The position numbers and the translations under genes were made by a program. 45,088 bases of DNA from Coprothermobacterota bacterium (GTDB lineage: Bacteria > Caldisericota > JANLFM01): NCBI GenBank assembly GCA_026389415.1, contig JAPLHX010000215.1:1-45088 (forward strand). Direction: 5' to 3'. Numbering within the stretch: position 1 is the first letter of the stretch; each line of letters opens with the position of its first letter. Shown in pieces: positions 35,952-43,967 of this stretch. Under the pieces are notes generated by a model. That model saw nothing but the letters and a program-made list of their open reading frames with translations. It made no database searches and was not told the origin of the DNA.

Positions 35952-36519
35952 AAAAATCATCTACAGAGATATCCAGCATCAAATCCTTTCATGCAACCGG
36001 TGTCAACTCAGCACTACGCGCAAACACGCCGTGCCCGGTGAAGGCAGATTGGATTCCAATGTGTTGTTTGTAGGAGAAGGGCCTGGAGAGCAGGAAGACC
36101 TGCGCGGTTTGCCTTTTGTAGGAGCCGCAGGGAAACTGCTGGATCAATTGATTCGCTCTCTCGGTCGGACTAGACCAGAAGTCTACATAACCAATCTGGT
36201 AAAGTGCCGCCCACCTGGAAATCGGGATCCTCTTCCGGAAGAGATTAATGCCTGTCGTCCCTACCTGATCGCGCAAATCGGGTTGATTTGCCCTCGCGTA
36301 ATCTGCACTTTGGGTCGCCATGCCTTGCATGCGCTGATCAACCCCACCTGGAGTATCTCGAGTGTTCACGGGCGCGCAGTTCAAAAAGACGGTATCTTCT
36401 TCTTTCCCACATTCCACCCGGCGGCAGCTCTCTATCATCCCGCAAGCAAAGAGGACCTGATAAACGATTTTCTACGATTGAAGGCCCTCTTGCAGCAGGA
36501 AAAACCCCCTTGGATCTGA
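35923..36519 (+). CDS. Uracil-DNA glycosylase, family 4 type (Fe-S)
   Basis: CNRCQLSTTRKHAVPGEG...VLFVGEGPGEQEDLRGLPFVGAAGKLL...NLVKCRPPGNR...HPAAAL. ATG 35923 overlaps dut by 29 nt. Confidence 0.88.
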   Translation: MAALATPDDRKIIYRDIQHQILSCNRCQLSTTRKHAVPGEGRLDSNVLFVGEGPGEQEDLRGLPFVGAAGKLLDQLIRSLGRTRPEVYITNLVKCRPPGNRDPLPEEINACRPYLIAQIGLICPRVICTLGRHALHALINPTWSISSVHGRAVQKDGIFFFPTFHPAAALYHPASKEDLINDFLRLKALLQQEKPPWI

Positions 36520-38174
36520 AATTCGTTTCTTTGGGTGGATTGGGTGAAATTGGCAAGAATATGATGGCATTCGAGATCCGCGGACGGATCCTGCTTGTGG
36601 ATGCCGGCGTAAAATTCCCCGACGAAAAAACACCAGGAGTGGATTTAATTATTCCCGATTTTACGTACCTTATCGAACAAAGGGAAAAAATCGTAGGATT
36701 AGTTTTAACGCACGGTCACGAAGATCATGTTGGCGCGATTCCTTACCTTTTACAAAAGCTTCCGATGCCTGTTTATGGTACCGATCTCACGCTTGGTTTG
36801 GCAGAAGGCAGAACTAAGGAGCTCGGTGTATCGTTCGATAAGCATATTATTCGTCCCGGAGATGAAATTCACCTTGACCCATTTTCTGTGGAATTCTTGC
36901 AGGTTACTCACTCTGTGCCTGCCAGCGTCAGCTTAGCGATCAAGACGCCCCTTGGTATTATTGTGCACTCGGGCGATTTCAAAATCGATCAAAACCCCGT
37001 TGATCAACGAAAAATGGATTTCCCGCGGATTTCCGCACTTGCCAAGCAAGGTGTGCTTTGTCTTTTCTGTGATTCCACCAATGCCGAGCGGCCCGGATAC
37101 GCTCCTTCTGAATTGGCTGTGAAAGGACCGTTGGAAGAGATTTTCCGTGCGGCTCGCAATCGCATTATCGTCACTACATTTGCATCGAATGTGCATCGTA
37201 TTCAGCAGATCATCGCGGCGGCCTCTCTGTTTGGACGAAAAGTACTTGTGGACGGAATGTCGTTGAACAATGTAGTGACGGTCGCTGTCGAGCTTGGCTA
37301 CTTGCAGATCCCTTCTGATATTCTGGTTCAGTCGGATGAGTTGAGTCGCTTACAACGGAATCAAGTGGTCATTATTACGACCGGAAGCCAGGGCGAACCC
37401 CTTTCCGCCCTCTCGCGAATCGCGTCAGGAGAGCATAAAAAGGTCGCAATCGAACCTGGGGACACAGTCATATTTTCTGCGGATCCAATTCCTGGCAACG
37501 AAACCCTGGTCGCAGAAACGATCGATAAGCTTTTCCGAAAAAAAGCGGAAGTGATCTACGGACCTTCAACCGGAGTGCATGTTTCCGGTCATGGGTTTAG
37601 TGAAGACATCAAAATGATGATCAATCTCATCCAACCGCGCTACTTTATTCCGATACATGGGGAATATCGTCATCTGGTGCGGTGTAGCAGAATAGCCGAG
37701 GGCGTCGGAATTCATCCAGACCGGATTTTCCTGGTAGAAAACGGTGAGGTTGTAAACTTCACTGCAGGTAAAGCTTTTGTGCAGGGAAAAGTCAAAAGTT
37801 CCGCCTCCTTCGTAGATGGTCAATCGTTGGATACGCTGGAAAGCTCGGTCTTGCGTGACCGACGGATCCTAAGCCAAGAAGGCTTTGTCAATGTTTCGGC
37901 GGTTCTGCAAATGCAAAAGCGAGTCATCCAGGCAAACCCTACGATTCATTCAAGAGGTTTCTTACCGGAAAAAGACCTGGAGCAATTTGCTAGCGAATTA
38001 ACCCTCCAGATTGTTTTGCTATTCCATCAGTGCATGGAGCAGAATATGGACAGGGAATCTTGCGAACAAAAGACGAAAGATGCAGTCTTGCGATTCTTTT
38101 CCAAACGATTGAAGCGTCGGCCATTGGTGATAGTGAGCATTACGGACCTCGATGAGAAAACCGCAACGGAATAA
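36510..38174 (+). CDS. rnj: Ribonuclease J
   Basis: LGGLGEIGKNMMAFEI and metallo-beta-lactamase motif LTHGHEDHVGAIPYLL, with beta-CASP and a C-terminal domain. TTG 36510 gives the canonical ~555 aa; the track start 36288 lies inside udg. Confidence 0.93.
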   Translation: MDLKFVSLGGLGEIGKNMMAFEIRGRILLVDAGVKFPDEKTPGVDLIIPDFTYLIEQREKIVGLVLTHGHEDHVGAIPYLLQKLPMPVYGTDLTLGLAEGRTKELGVSFDKHIIRPGDEIHLDPFSVEFLQVTHSVPASVSLAIKTPLGIIVHSGDFKIDQNPVDQRKMDFPRISALAKQGVLCLFCDSTNAERPGYAPSELAVKGPLEEIFRAARNRIIVTTFASNVHRIQQIIAAASLFGRKVLVDGMSLNNVVTVAVELGYLQIPSDILVQSDELSRLQRNQVVIITTGSQGEPLSALSRIASGEHKKVAIEPGDTVIFSADPIPGNETLVAETIDKLFRKKAEVIYGPSTGVHVSGHGFSEDIKMMINLIQPRYFIPIHGEYRHLVRCSRIAEGVGIHPDRIFLVENGEVVNFTAGKAFVQGKVKSSASFVDGQSLDTLESSVLRDRRILSQEGFVNVSAVLQMQKRVIQANPTIHSRGFLPEKDLEQFASELTLQIVLLFHQCMEQNMDRESCEQKTKDAVLRFFSKRLKRRPLVIVSITDLDEKTATE

Positions 38175-40131
38175 ACAGCGCAAGCGGAACAAAGGAAAGC
38201 AAACGGCCAAAAGGAAAAACTCTACGACGGCCCTCTGGGTTGGCATGATCCTGCTTTGTTGCGCTGCGGTAGTCGTAATTATCGTTTTCCTGCCTAAAGT
38301 TGTTGAGCTGATATGGAAAGGATTGGGTTGGAATGTCATTACAGTGGTTCTCTTCCTCGCCATCCCCATCCTTCTCTGGCGTTTTCTGAATGGGTTTCGT
38401 GCCCGCTTTCTAGCAGCATGGGTTTCGGGTTTTGTATTTGCATTTCTGCTGATTGGCAGGATCCTTCCTGCAACCTGGAACAGCGCAATCAATCAAACGT
38501 TAGGTCTAGGCATCTACCCAATCCTATTTGCTTTCGCTATCAGTGCGGTCATATCTCTTATCGGTCGTAAACTGTTTCCTAAAAGGACACCAATCGTTGG
38601 CTTGAAAGTAAAGAAAACAAAACCAAAAGAGACATTCACTGCTGTGGCAGAAAAAGCAAGAATCGAAAAAAAGTCCCGACCGGCAATCCCAGCAGGGGCC
38701 GCCGCCGAGTATCGCCTTCCCCCGCTGGATCTGTTAGACAAAAGTACAGGAGAAGGTATCAGAGTGTCTCGCAGAGAAACGCGTAATGTACAACAAGTTT
38801 TGGAAGAAAAACTAAAAAGCTTCGGGATCGGCACCCGCGTAACCAATATCGAAATCGGTCCTGCGGTTACTCGCTACGAACTGGAACTTGATCCTGGCGT
38901 AAAGGTTTCCAAGATCATCAACCTGTCTGATGATATCGCGCTGGCATTGGCTGCCAATGGCGGCGTTCGCATTGAAGCCCCGGTTCCCGGGAAGTCTGTT
39001 TTGGGAATTGAGGTCCCATCTGACAAAATTTCCACGGTCTCGTTGCGAGAAATTCTGGAAAGCAAGGATTTTACAGATCGAAAATTGCGCGTTCCACTTG
39101 CATTTGGTAAGGATATTGCCGGACACCCGATCGTGGCAGACCTGCGGGAAATGCCCCACCTGTTGATTGCTGGAACTACCGGTTCGGGCAAGAGTGTTTG
39201 TATCAACTCTATCATTTGTGGTTTGCTCTACCGTCATACTCCGAAGGATTTGGGATTGATCCTGATCGATCCGAAACGCGTGGAACTTTACAACTACCGC
39301 AATCTTCCCCACCTGCTCTACCCCGTGGTGGAAGACATCAAGCAAGCCACCGCCGTTCTGAAGGTAATCGTAGAGGAGATGGAGAATCGTTTGGCACAAT
39401 TCTCAGCGGTTGGGGCAAGAGATATTGAAGCATTCAACCTTAAAACCAAAGAAGAAGACGGGGGCAAACGGATGCCTTACACCGTAGTGGTGATCGATGA
39501 GCTGGCTGACTTGATGATGATTGCTCCCGCTGATCTGGAAAAGTACATACAACGTTTGGCTCAATTGGCTCGCGCCACGGGGATCCATTTGATCGTGGCG
39601 ACACAGAGGCCTTCTACCGATGTTATCACCGGAGTAATTAAGGCGAATATTCCTTCGCGCATCGCTTTTGCCGTCAGCTCACAAACGGATTCCCGGGTCA
39701 TTCTAGATACTGGCGGAGCGGAGAAGCTGCTAGGGAAGGGAGACGCGCTCTTCTACCCCGTCCATTTCCCCAAACCAAAGAGGCTGCAAGGAGCGTTTAT
39801 CTCGGAAGCGGAAATCGATCGCGTTGTGGAATTCTGGAAAGAGCAGGGTCGAGAAGTAGCGATTCGAGAATTGCCTACTCATCTGGGAGAAGCCGGAGAA
39901 GCCAGAGGAGACGATTTCGATGACCCTCTCTATCAGGAAGCCCTTCGCATTGTCCTTCAAGCCGGAGAGGGGTCGGCTTCCATGTTGCAACGAAAGTTAA
40001 AAATTGGTTATGCCCGCGCGGGTCGACTGATCGACCTGATGGAGCGGCAAGGGATTCTGGGTCCTGTGATTGGATCTAAACCGCGTCCGCTGCTTCGGTA
40101 CCCGGAACAGTCTTCATTCAAATTCCAATGA
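38152..40131 (+). CDS. ftsK: DNA translocase FtsK/SpoIIIE
   Basis: Basic N-terminus plus about 4 TM helices. Walker A LIAGTTGSGKSV, Walker B VVVIDELADL, and a gamma winged-helix domain SASMLQRKLKIGYARAGRLIDLME. Confidence 0.95.
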   Translation: MRKPQRNKQRKRNKGKQTAKRKNSTTALWVGMILLCCAAVVVIIVFLPKVVELIWKGLGWNVITVVLFLAIPILLWRFLNGFRARFLAAWVSGFVFAFLLIGRILPATWNSAINQTLGLGIYPILFAFAISAVISLIGRKLFPKRTPIVGLKVKKTKPKETFTAVAEKARIEKKSRPAIPAGAAAEYRLPPLDLLDKSTGEGIRVSRRETRNVQQVLEEKLKSFGIGTRVTNIEIGPAVTRYELELDPGVKVSKIINLSDDIALALAANGGVRIEAPVPGKSVLGIEVPSDKISTVSLREILESKDFTDRKLRVPLAFGKDIAGHPIVADLREMPHLLIAGTTGSGKSVCINSIICGLLYRHTPKDLGLILIDPKRVELYNYRNLPHLLYPVVEDIKQATAVLKVIVEEMENRLAQFSAVGARDIEAFNLKTKEEDGGKRMPYTVVVIDELADLMMIAPADLEKYIQRLAQLARATGIHLIVATQRPSTDVITGVIKANIPSRIAFAVSSQTDSRVILDTGGAEKLLGKGDALFYPVHFPKPKRLQGAFISEAEIDRVVEFWKEQGREVAIRELPTHLGEAGEARGDDFDDPLYQEALRIVLQAGEGSASMLQRKLKIGYARAGRLIDLMERQGILGPVIGSKPRPLLRYPEQSSFKFQ

Positions 40132-40319
40132 AACCACCACAGGTTTTGTTTCTGGGAGAAACCCTTCTCTTACGCAAGAAACACCCTTGTGGCAGTAACC
40201 GGTGGTCCGTAATCCGGTTGGGGGCAGATATTCGGATTCGCTGCCTTGGTTGCGGGCATACGGTGTTGATTCCACGCAGTAAGTTGGAACGGATGATTCA
40301 CCAACAGCAGGGAAACTAG
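40128..40319 (+). CDS. DUF951 family small protein
   Basis: LLLRKKHPCGSNRWSVIRLGADIRIRCLGCGHTVLIPRSKLE (a four-Cys cluster). Typical position before ychF. ATGA overlap with ftsK. Confidence 0.8.
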   Translation: MKPPQVLFLGETLLLRKKHPCGSNRWSVIRLGADIRIRCLGCGHTVLIPRSKLERMIHQQQGN

Positions 40320-40320
40320 C

Positions 40321-41403
40321 ATGCGCGTCGGGATCATTGGTTTAACCAATATAGGGAAATCCACCTTGTTTCGCGCCCTGACCCGGATCAAAGTCGGCAT
40401 CAACAACTTTCCCTTCTGCACGATTGATCCCAATATCGGTGCAGTTCCCGTACCAGACGATCGCTTGGAAGCCATCGCCGGCATTACAAAACCGCAAAAG
40501 AAAATTCATGCCAACGTAGAGTTCGTCGACGTTGCCGGACTGGTGCGGGGAGCCAACAAAGGAGAGGGGTTGGGGAATCAATTGCTGGGAAAACTGCGAG
40601 AGATGGATGTACTGCTCCACGTCTTGCGTCTGTTTCCCGATCCGGAAGTCATCCATGTAGAAGAAACGATCGATCCGATTCGTGACTTCGAGCTCGTCTG
40701 GACAGAAATTGCACTCAGCGACCTGGAGATTGCAAAACGAAGGCTAGCGGTGTTGGAAAAAACTGCGAAAAGAAGTGACACGGTCGGGCAAAATGAGATC
40801 GCAGCCCTCAAGACGCTGATGGATGCGTTAAAGAGGGGCGATTCTGCCTCCCTGGCCCATTTCCCTTCGCACCATTGCCAATCTCTGGGTGGGATAGGTT
40901 TTTTGACTTTAAAACCGATGGTTGTGGTTTTCAATATCGGCGAGAAGCAGATGGGAGAAAACGTCTTGGTCCAAAAGACGCTGGTTGATCGCTTTCCCGC
41001 AGTTAGAACATCGTGGATCCCGGCTCGAATCGAATGCGAATTATGGGACTTGGATGAGCCTGACCGTCTGGCATACCGTCACGAGCTTGGTCTGCAAGAT
41101 TCTGCCATGAAACTATTGGTGCAAATCTGCTATCAGTTACTCAACCTGATCACCTTCTTCACCATCAAAAGCGATGTGGTTCGCGCTTGGTCCATTTCTA
41201 GTGGTACGAACGCGCAGAAAGCTGCCGGCAAGATCCATACCGATATGGAACGTGGATTCATTCGTGCTGAAATCGTTTCGGTTCCCCATTTCCTGGAAGC
41301 AGGCGGATGGGCACAATCCCGGGAGCGAGGATGGCTGTTGGTGGAAGGAAGAGATTACGTGATGCGTGATGGTGATATGATGTTGGTGAAGTATCAAACG
41401 TAG
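40321..41403 (+). CDS. ychF: Redox-regulated ribosome-binding ATPase YchF
   Basis: MRVGIIGLTNIGKSTLFRALT, DVAGLVRGANKGEGLGNQ and a TGS-like C-terminus GFIRAEIV...DGDMMLVKY. Confidence 0.94.
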   Translation: MRVGIIGLTNIGKSTLFRALTRIKVGINNFPFCTIDPNIGAVPVPDDRLEAIAGITKPQKKIHANVEFVDVAGLVRGANKGEGLGNQLLGKLREMDVLLHVLRLFPDPEVIHVEETIDPIRDFELVWTEIALSDLEIAKRRLAVLEKTAKRSDTVGQNEIAALKTLMDALKRGDSASLAHFPSHHCQSLGGIGFLTLKPMVVVFNIGEKQMGENVLVQKTLVDRFPAVRTSWIPARIECELWDLDEPDRLAYRHELGLQDSAMKLLVQICYQLLNLITFFTIKSDVVRAWSISSGTNAQKAAGKIHTDMERGFIRAEIVSVPHFLEAGGWAQSRERGWLLVEGRDYVMRDGDMMLVKYQT

Positions 41404-41412
41404 GAAGAAGAG

Positions 41413-42453
41413 GTGGAAATGTTATTCCGGAATATCATGATTCTCCTGATTGATCTTGCACTAGGTGCGTTGATGGGTTTAGAAATTCGACTTTCTCTTT
41501 TGGGTAAATTATTCGTTGAGCCTTTTTGCCATTGGATGCCCGCTCTCTTTTTCGCGTTACTGGTCTTGTGGATTTTGCTTTCCCTAGTGATTACCCAGCG
41601 TTGGATTTGGACATTAGGCGGAACGACGCTCGCCCTGCTTGCCGCCACCGCGATCCCGCTTTTCGATCAGCTGGCGTTAGTCACGGTGGATCAATGGATC
41701 AGTCTTTTGCTTTTCTTCCTTTTTGTGCTCGTTTCCACTTTTCTTGTATCTTTTTTTGCGGAATACGGACATCGCCTCATTCCCTTCCAACAAGCTGCCC
41801 GACAAAGTAAAGTAAAATTGCACTCCCCTGCAGGACCCTTTTGGTTTTTGTTCAGCCTAGCTGCCGGTGCGATATTTGCCATCACTCTCTACAACGGTTG
41901 GATCCCCCAGACCTATGTTTCCTTCCTAGGCTCAACGGAAAGTTTTCGTCTGGCATTTTATCTACTGTTTGGTACCATCGGCGGTATTCTTACCATTAGT
42001 CCTAGCTGGGCTGCTCTTTCTGCGTTTATCTTCGTCTTTTTTAGTGAATTCCTCTACCTGTTCTTTTACACTGCATACGCATCTTTTGGACAAATGCTTT
42101 CTTCTTTGACCAACTTGTTCATCGATCCGTATCGTATTACAGCTCCCGTGGCACTGCTGGTTGTCAGTACCCTTTGGTCCCTTACCGCAGGTGGATATAC
42201 TCAGCGATATTTTCTGCTACGGGAAGTGAAACGAGAAGAGGGCAGGATCGTACCATTGGCGACCGAGGTGAACCCTGCACAGCAAGAAATAGGGATCGAA
42301 CCGACCGAAGGAGCAAGATCCGTGGGTACCGACAATCCTCTTCTTCTGGAGGTGACATCGGTTCTTTTACCTTGCCCGAATTGTGGCAGGGTTTTAGAGA
42401 AGGAAGCTCAGTATTGTCCAGGTTGTGGCATTGAGCGGATCAGCAAAGTGTGA
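41413..42453 (+). CDS. Polytopic membrane protein with C-terminal zinc ribbon (hypothetical)
   Basis: About 8 hydrophobic helices, then a charged linker, then LPCPNCGRVLEKEAQYCPGCG. The start is GTG 41413 or ATG 41419. Confidence 0.6.
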   Translation: MEMLFRNIMILLIDLALGALMGLEIRLSLLGKLFVEPFCHWMPALFFALLVLWILLSLVITQRWIWTLGGTTLALLAATAIPLFDQLALVTVDQWISLLLFFLFVLVSTFLVSFFAEYGHRLIPFQQAARQSKVKLHSPAGPFWFLFSLAAGAIFAITLYNGWIPQTYVSFLGSTESFRLAFYLLFGTIGGILTISPSWAALSAFIFVFFSEFLYLFFYTAYASFGQMLSSLTNLFIDPYRITAPVALLVVSTLWSLTAGGYTQRYFLLREVKREEGRIVPLATEVNPAQQEIGIEPTEGARSVGTDNPLLLEVTSVLLPCPNCGRVLEKEAQYCPGCGIERISKV

Positions 42454-42477
42454 TAAGGTATCACGTCACCAAACCCT

Positions 42478-42494
42478 GCTCCGAGAAACGGAGC
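42478..42494 (+). promoter_or_regulatory. Hairpin in the rpsF 5' region (weak terminator or S6:S18 leader candidate)
   Basis: gctccg (42478-42483), agaaa loop, cggagc (42489-42494), followed by ttt. It lies 24 nt upstream of the rpsF start. Confidence 0.35.
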
Positions 42495-42517
42495 TTTGCC
42501 CGAAGGGAGTGAAAAAA

Positions 42518-42799
42518 TTGAATCCGTACGAGATTTGTTTGATTTTGCAGCCGACACTCACGCCAGAAGAAGCCGACCAATCCGCTGATAAGGTCCAGGA
42601 GATCCTTCGCAACAACGGAGGAGAAGTGATTAAAATCGACCGTTGGGGAAAACGACGGCTGGCCTTTCCCATCCAAAAGCAGAACGATGGTTTCTACTTC
42701 ATCATCAATCTGAAGGCAGACAGCACCTGTATGACCGAAACCAAACGACTCATCAAACTGATGCCGGAAACACTTCGCTTTATGGCCATCCGGCAGTAA
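42518..42799 (+). CDS. rpsF: 30S ribosomal protein S6
   Basis: NPYEICLILQPTLTPEEADQSADKVQEIL...RWGKRRLAFPIQKQNDGFYF. TTG 42518 lies 8 nt after GAAGGGAG (alternative GTG 42509). The track start 42425 overlaps the upstream gene. Confidence 0.92.
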   Translation: MNPYEICLILQPTLTPEEADQSADKVQEILRNNGGEVIKIDRWGKRRLAFPIQKQNDGFYFIINLKADSTCMTETKRLIKLMPETLRFMAIRQ

Positions 42800-42810
42800 G
42801 GACAGCCAAG

Positions 42811-43233
42811 ATGCTAAATCGAGTTTTTCTTATCGGTCGTCTTACCGCTGATCCGATCTTACGATACACCGGCAGTGGTGTTTCGGTAGCGACTTTCACC
42901 GTAGCTGTGGACAATAACTACCAGACCGCGAGCGGAGAGAGTAGAAGCTTAACCGATTTTATCGACGTAGTGGTCTGGCGCAAGCAGGCTGTCAATGTTG
43001 CCACTTATCTTAAGAAGGGACGGCTTGTATTCGTGGAAGGCCGCCTTACCATCCGTTCCTTTGAAACGCAGGACGGTCAAAAACGGAAAAAGGCTGAGGT
43101 GGTCGCGCGTTCCGTAAAATTCCTCGAACGCGGAACGACAACTTCAGATTCCTTGGGCAGCCCTGAATTGCCGGAAAGCGGAGATGAGGAATTCACCCCC
43201 GAGGACCTTTCCAATGACATACCGATTGGTTAG
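42811..43233 (+). CDS. ssb: Single-stranded DNA-binding protein
   Basis: MLNRVFLIGRLTADPILRYTGSGVSVATFTVAV...VVWRKQAENV-like OB fold, with an acidic C-terminal tip EDLSNDIPIG. Confidence 0.94.
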   Translation: MLNRVFLIGRLTADPILRYTGSGVSVATFTVAVDNNYQTASGESRSLTDFIDVVVWRKQAVNVATYLKKGRLVFVEGRLTIRSFETQDGQKRKKAEVVARSVKFLERGTTTSDSLGSPELPESGDEEFTPEDLSNDIPIG

Positions 43234-43251
43234 AGGAGAATAGTAAGACTC

Positions 43252-43512
43252 ATGGAAACGAAAAAAGATTTCAAACGTAAAAAACCCCGAAGCCCCAAGG
43301 ATCGCCGTCCCCGTAGGAAATTCTGTGCATTCTGCGTGGAGAACATCGTTGCGATCGACTACAAGGATACGAACCGGCTGCGCAAATTCATCTCAGATAA
43401 AGGGAAAATCATTCCTCGACGCGTAACAGGGAATTGTGCCAAACATCAGCGAGCGCTCACGCGTTCGATTAAACGAGCACGCGAAGTTGCTCTTTTGCCC
43501 TTCACGGGATAA
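43252..43512 (+). CDS. rpsR: 30S ribosomal protein S18
   Basis: [64 protein letters not shown]. Confidence 0.96.
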   Translation: METKKDFKRKKPRSPKDRRPRRKFCAFCVENIVAIDYKDTNRLRKFISDKGKIIPRRVTGNCAKHQRALTRSIKRAREVALLPFTG

Positions 43513-43514
43513 CC

Positions 43515-43964
43515 ATGAAAGTGATTCTGTTGGAGGATGTCACTGCCTTAGGAAAGCAGGGAAGCGTAGTAGATGTCAACGACGGCTATGCTCGCAACTA
43601 CCTTATTCCGCGAGGGATGGCAGAAGAAGCAAAAGCTAGCGCATTGCGAAAGCTGGAATTGAAGAAAAGTCGATGGCAAAAAATAGAAGCCAAGGATTTA
43701 GCCGAAGCCAAGAAGATTGCTGACCAGCTTTCCGGTAAGGTACTCCAAATGACGGCGGACGCTGGTGAAAGCGGGAAGCTCTATGGGTCGATTACGGCTC
43801 ATCATATCGCAGAAAAACTGGCGACAGAATGGAATGTTGCCTTAGATAAGCGAAAAGTGCAAATCGAAGAGCCAATCCGCTCTCTCGGATTCCACAGAGT
43901 TCCACTGAAATTGCACCGGGATTTAGTAATCGAGCTTGAGCTGGAAGTCATCGTCAAAGAATAG
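43515..43964 (+). CDS. rplI: 50S ribosomal protein L9
   Basis: MKVILLEDVTALGKQGSVVDVNDGYARNYLIPRGMA. Confidence 0.96.
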   Translation: MKVILLEDVTALGKQGSVVDVNDGYARNYLIPRGMAEEAKASALRKLELKKSRWQKIEAKDLAEAKKIADQLSGKVLQMTADAGESGKLYGSITAHHIAEKLATEWNVALDKRKVQIEEPIRSLGFHRVPLKLHRDLVIELELEVIVKE

Positions 43965-43967
43965 GGA

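Noticed and set aside
38812-39399. 195-aa antisense ORF inside ftsK (also 4967..5542 minus in argS, 26090..26560 minus in nusA, 38019..38492 minus, 20447..20881 minus)
   Set aside because: Each lies fully within a confidently identified, motif-bearing plus-strand gene. None has a recognisable motif or SD. They are typical shadow ORFs of the kind that arise opposite long genes.
42449-42463. gtgat-N5-atcac palindrome as an operator site
   Set aside because: It is only 5 bp per arm, overlaps the stop codon of the upstream gene, and has no second copy in the window. It may well be chance and is mentioned only under the rpsF leader finding.
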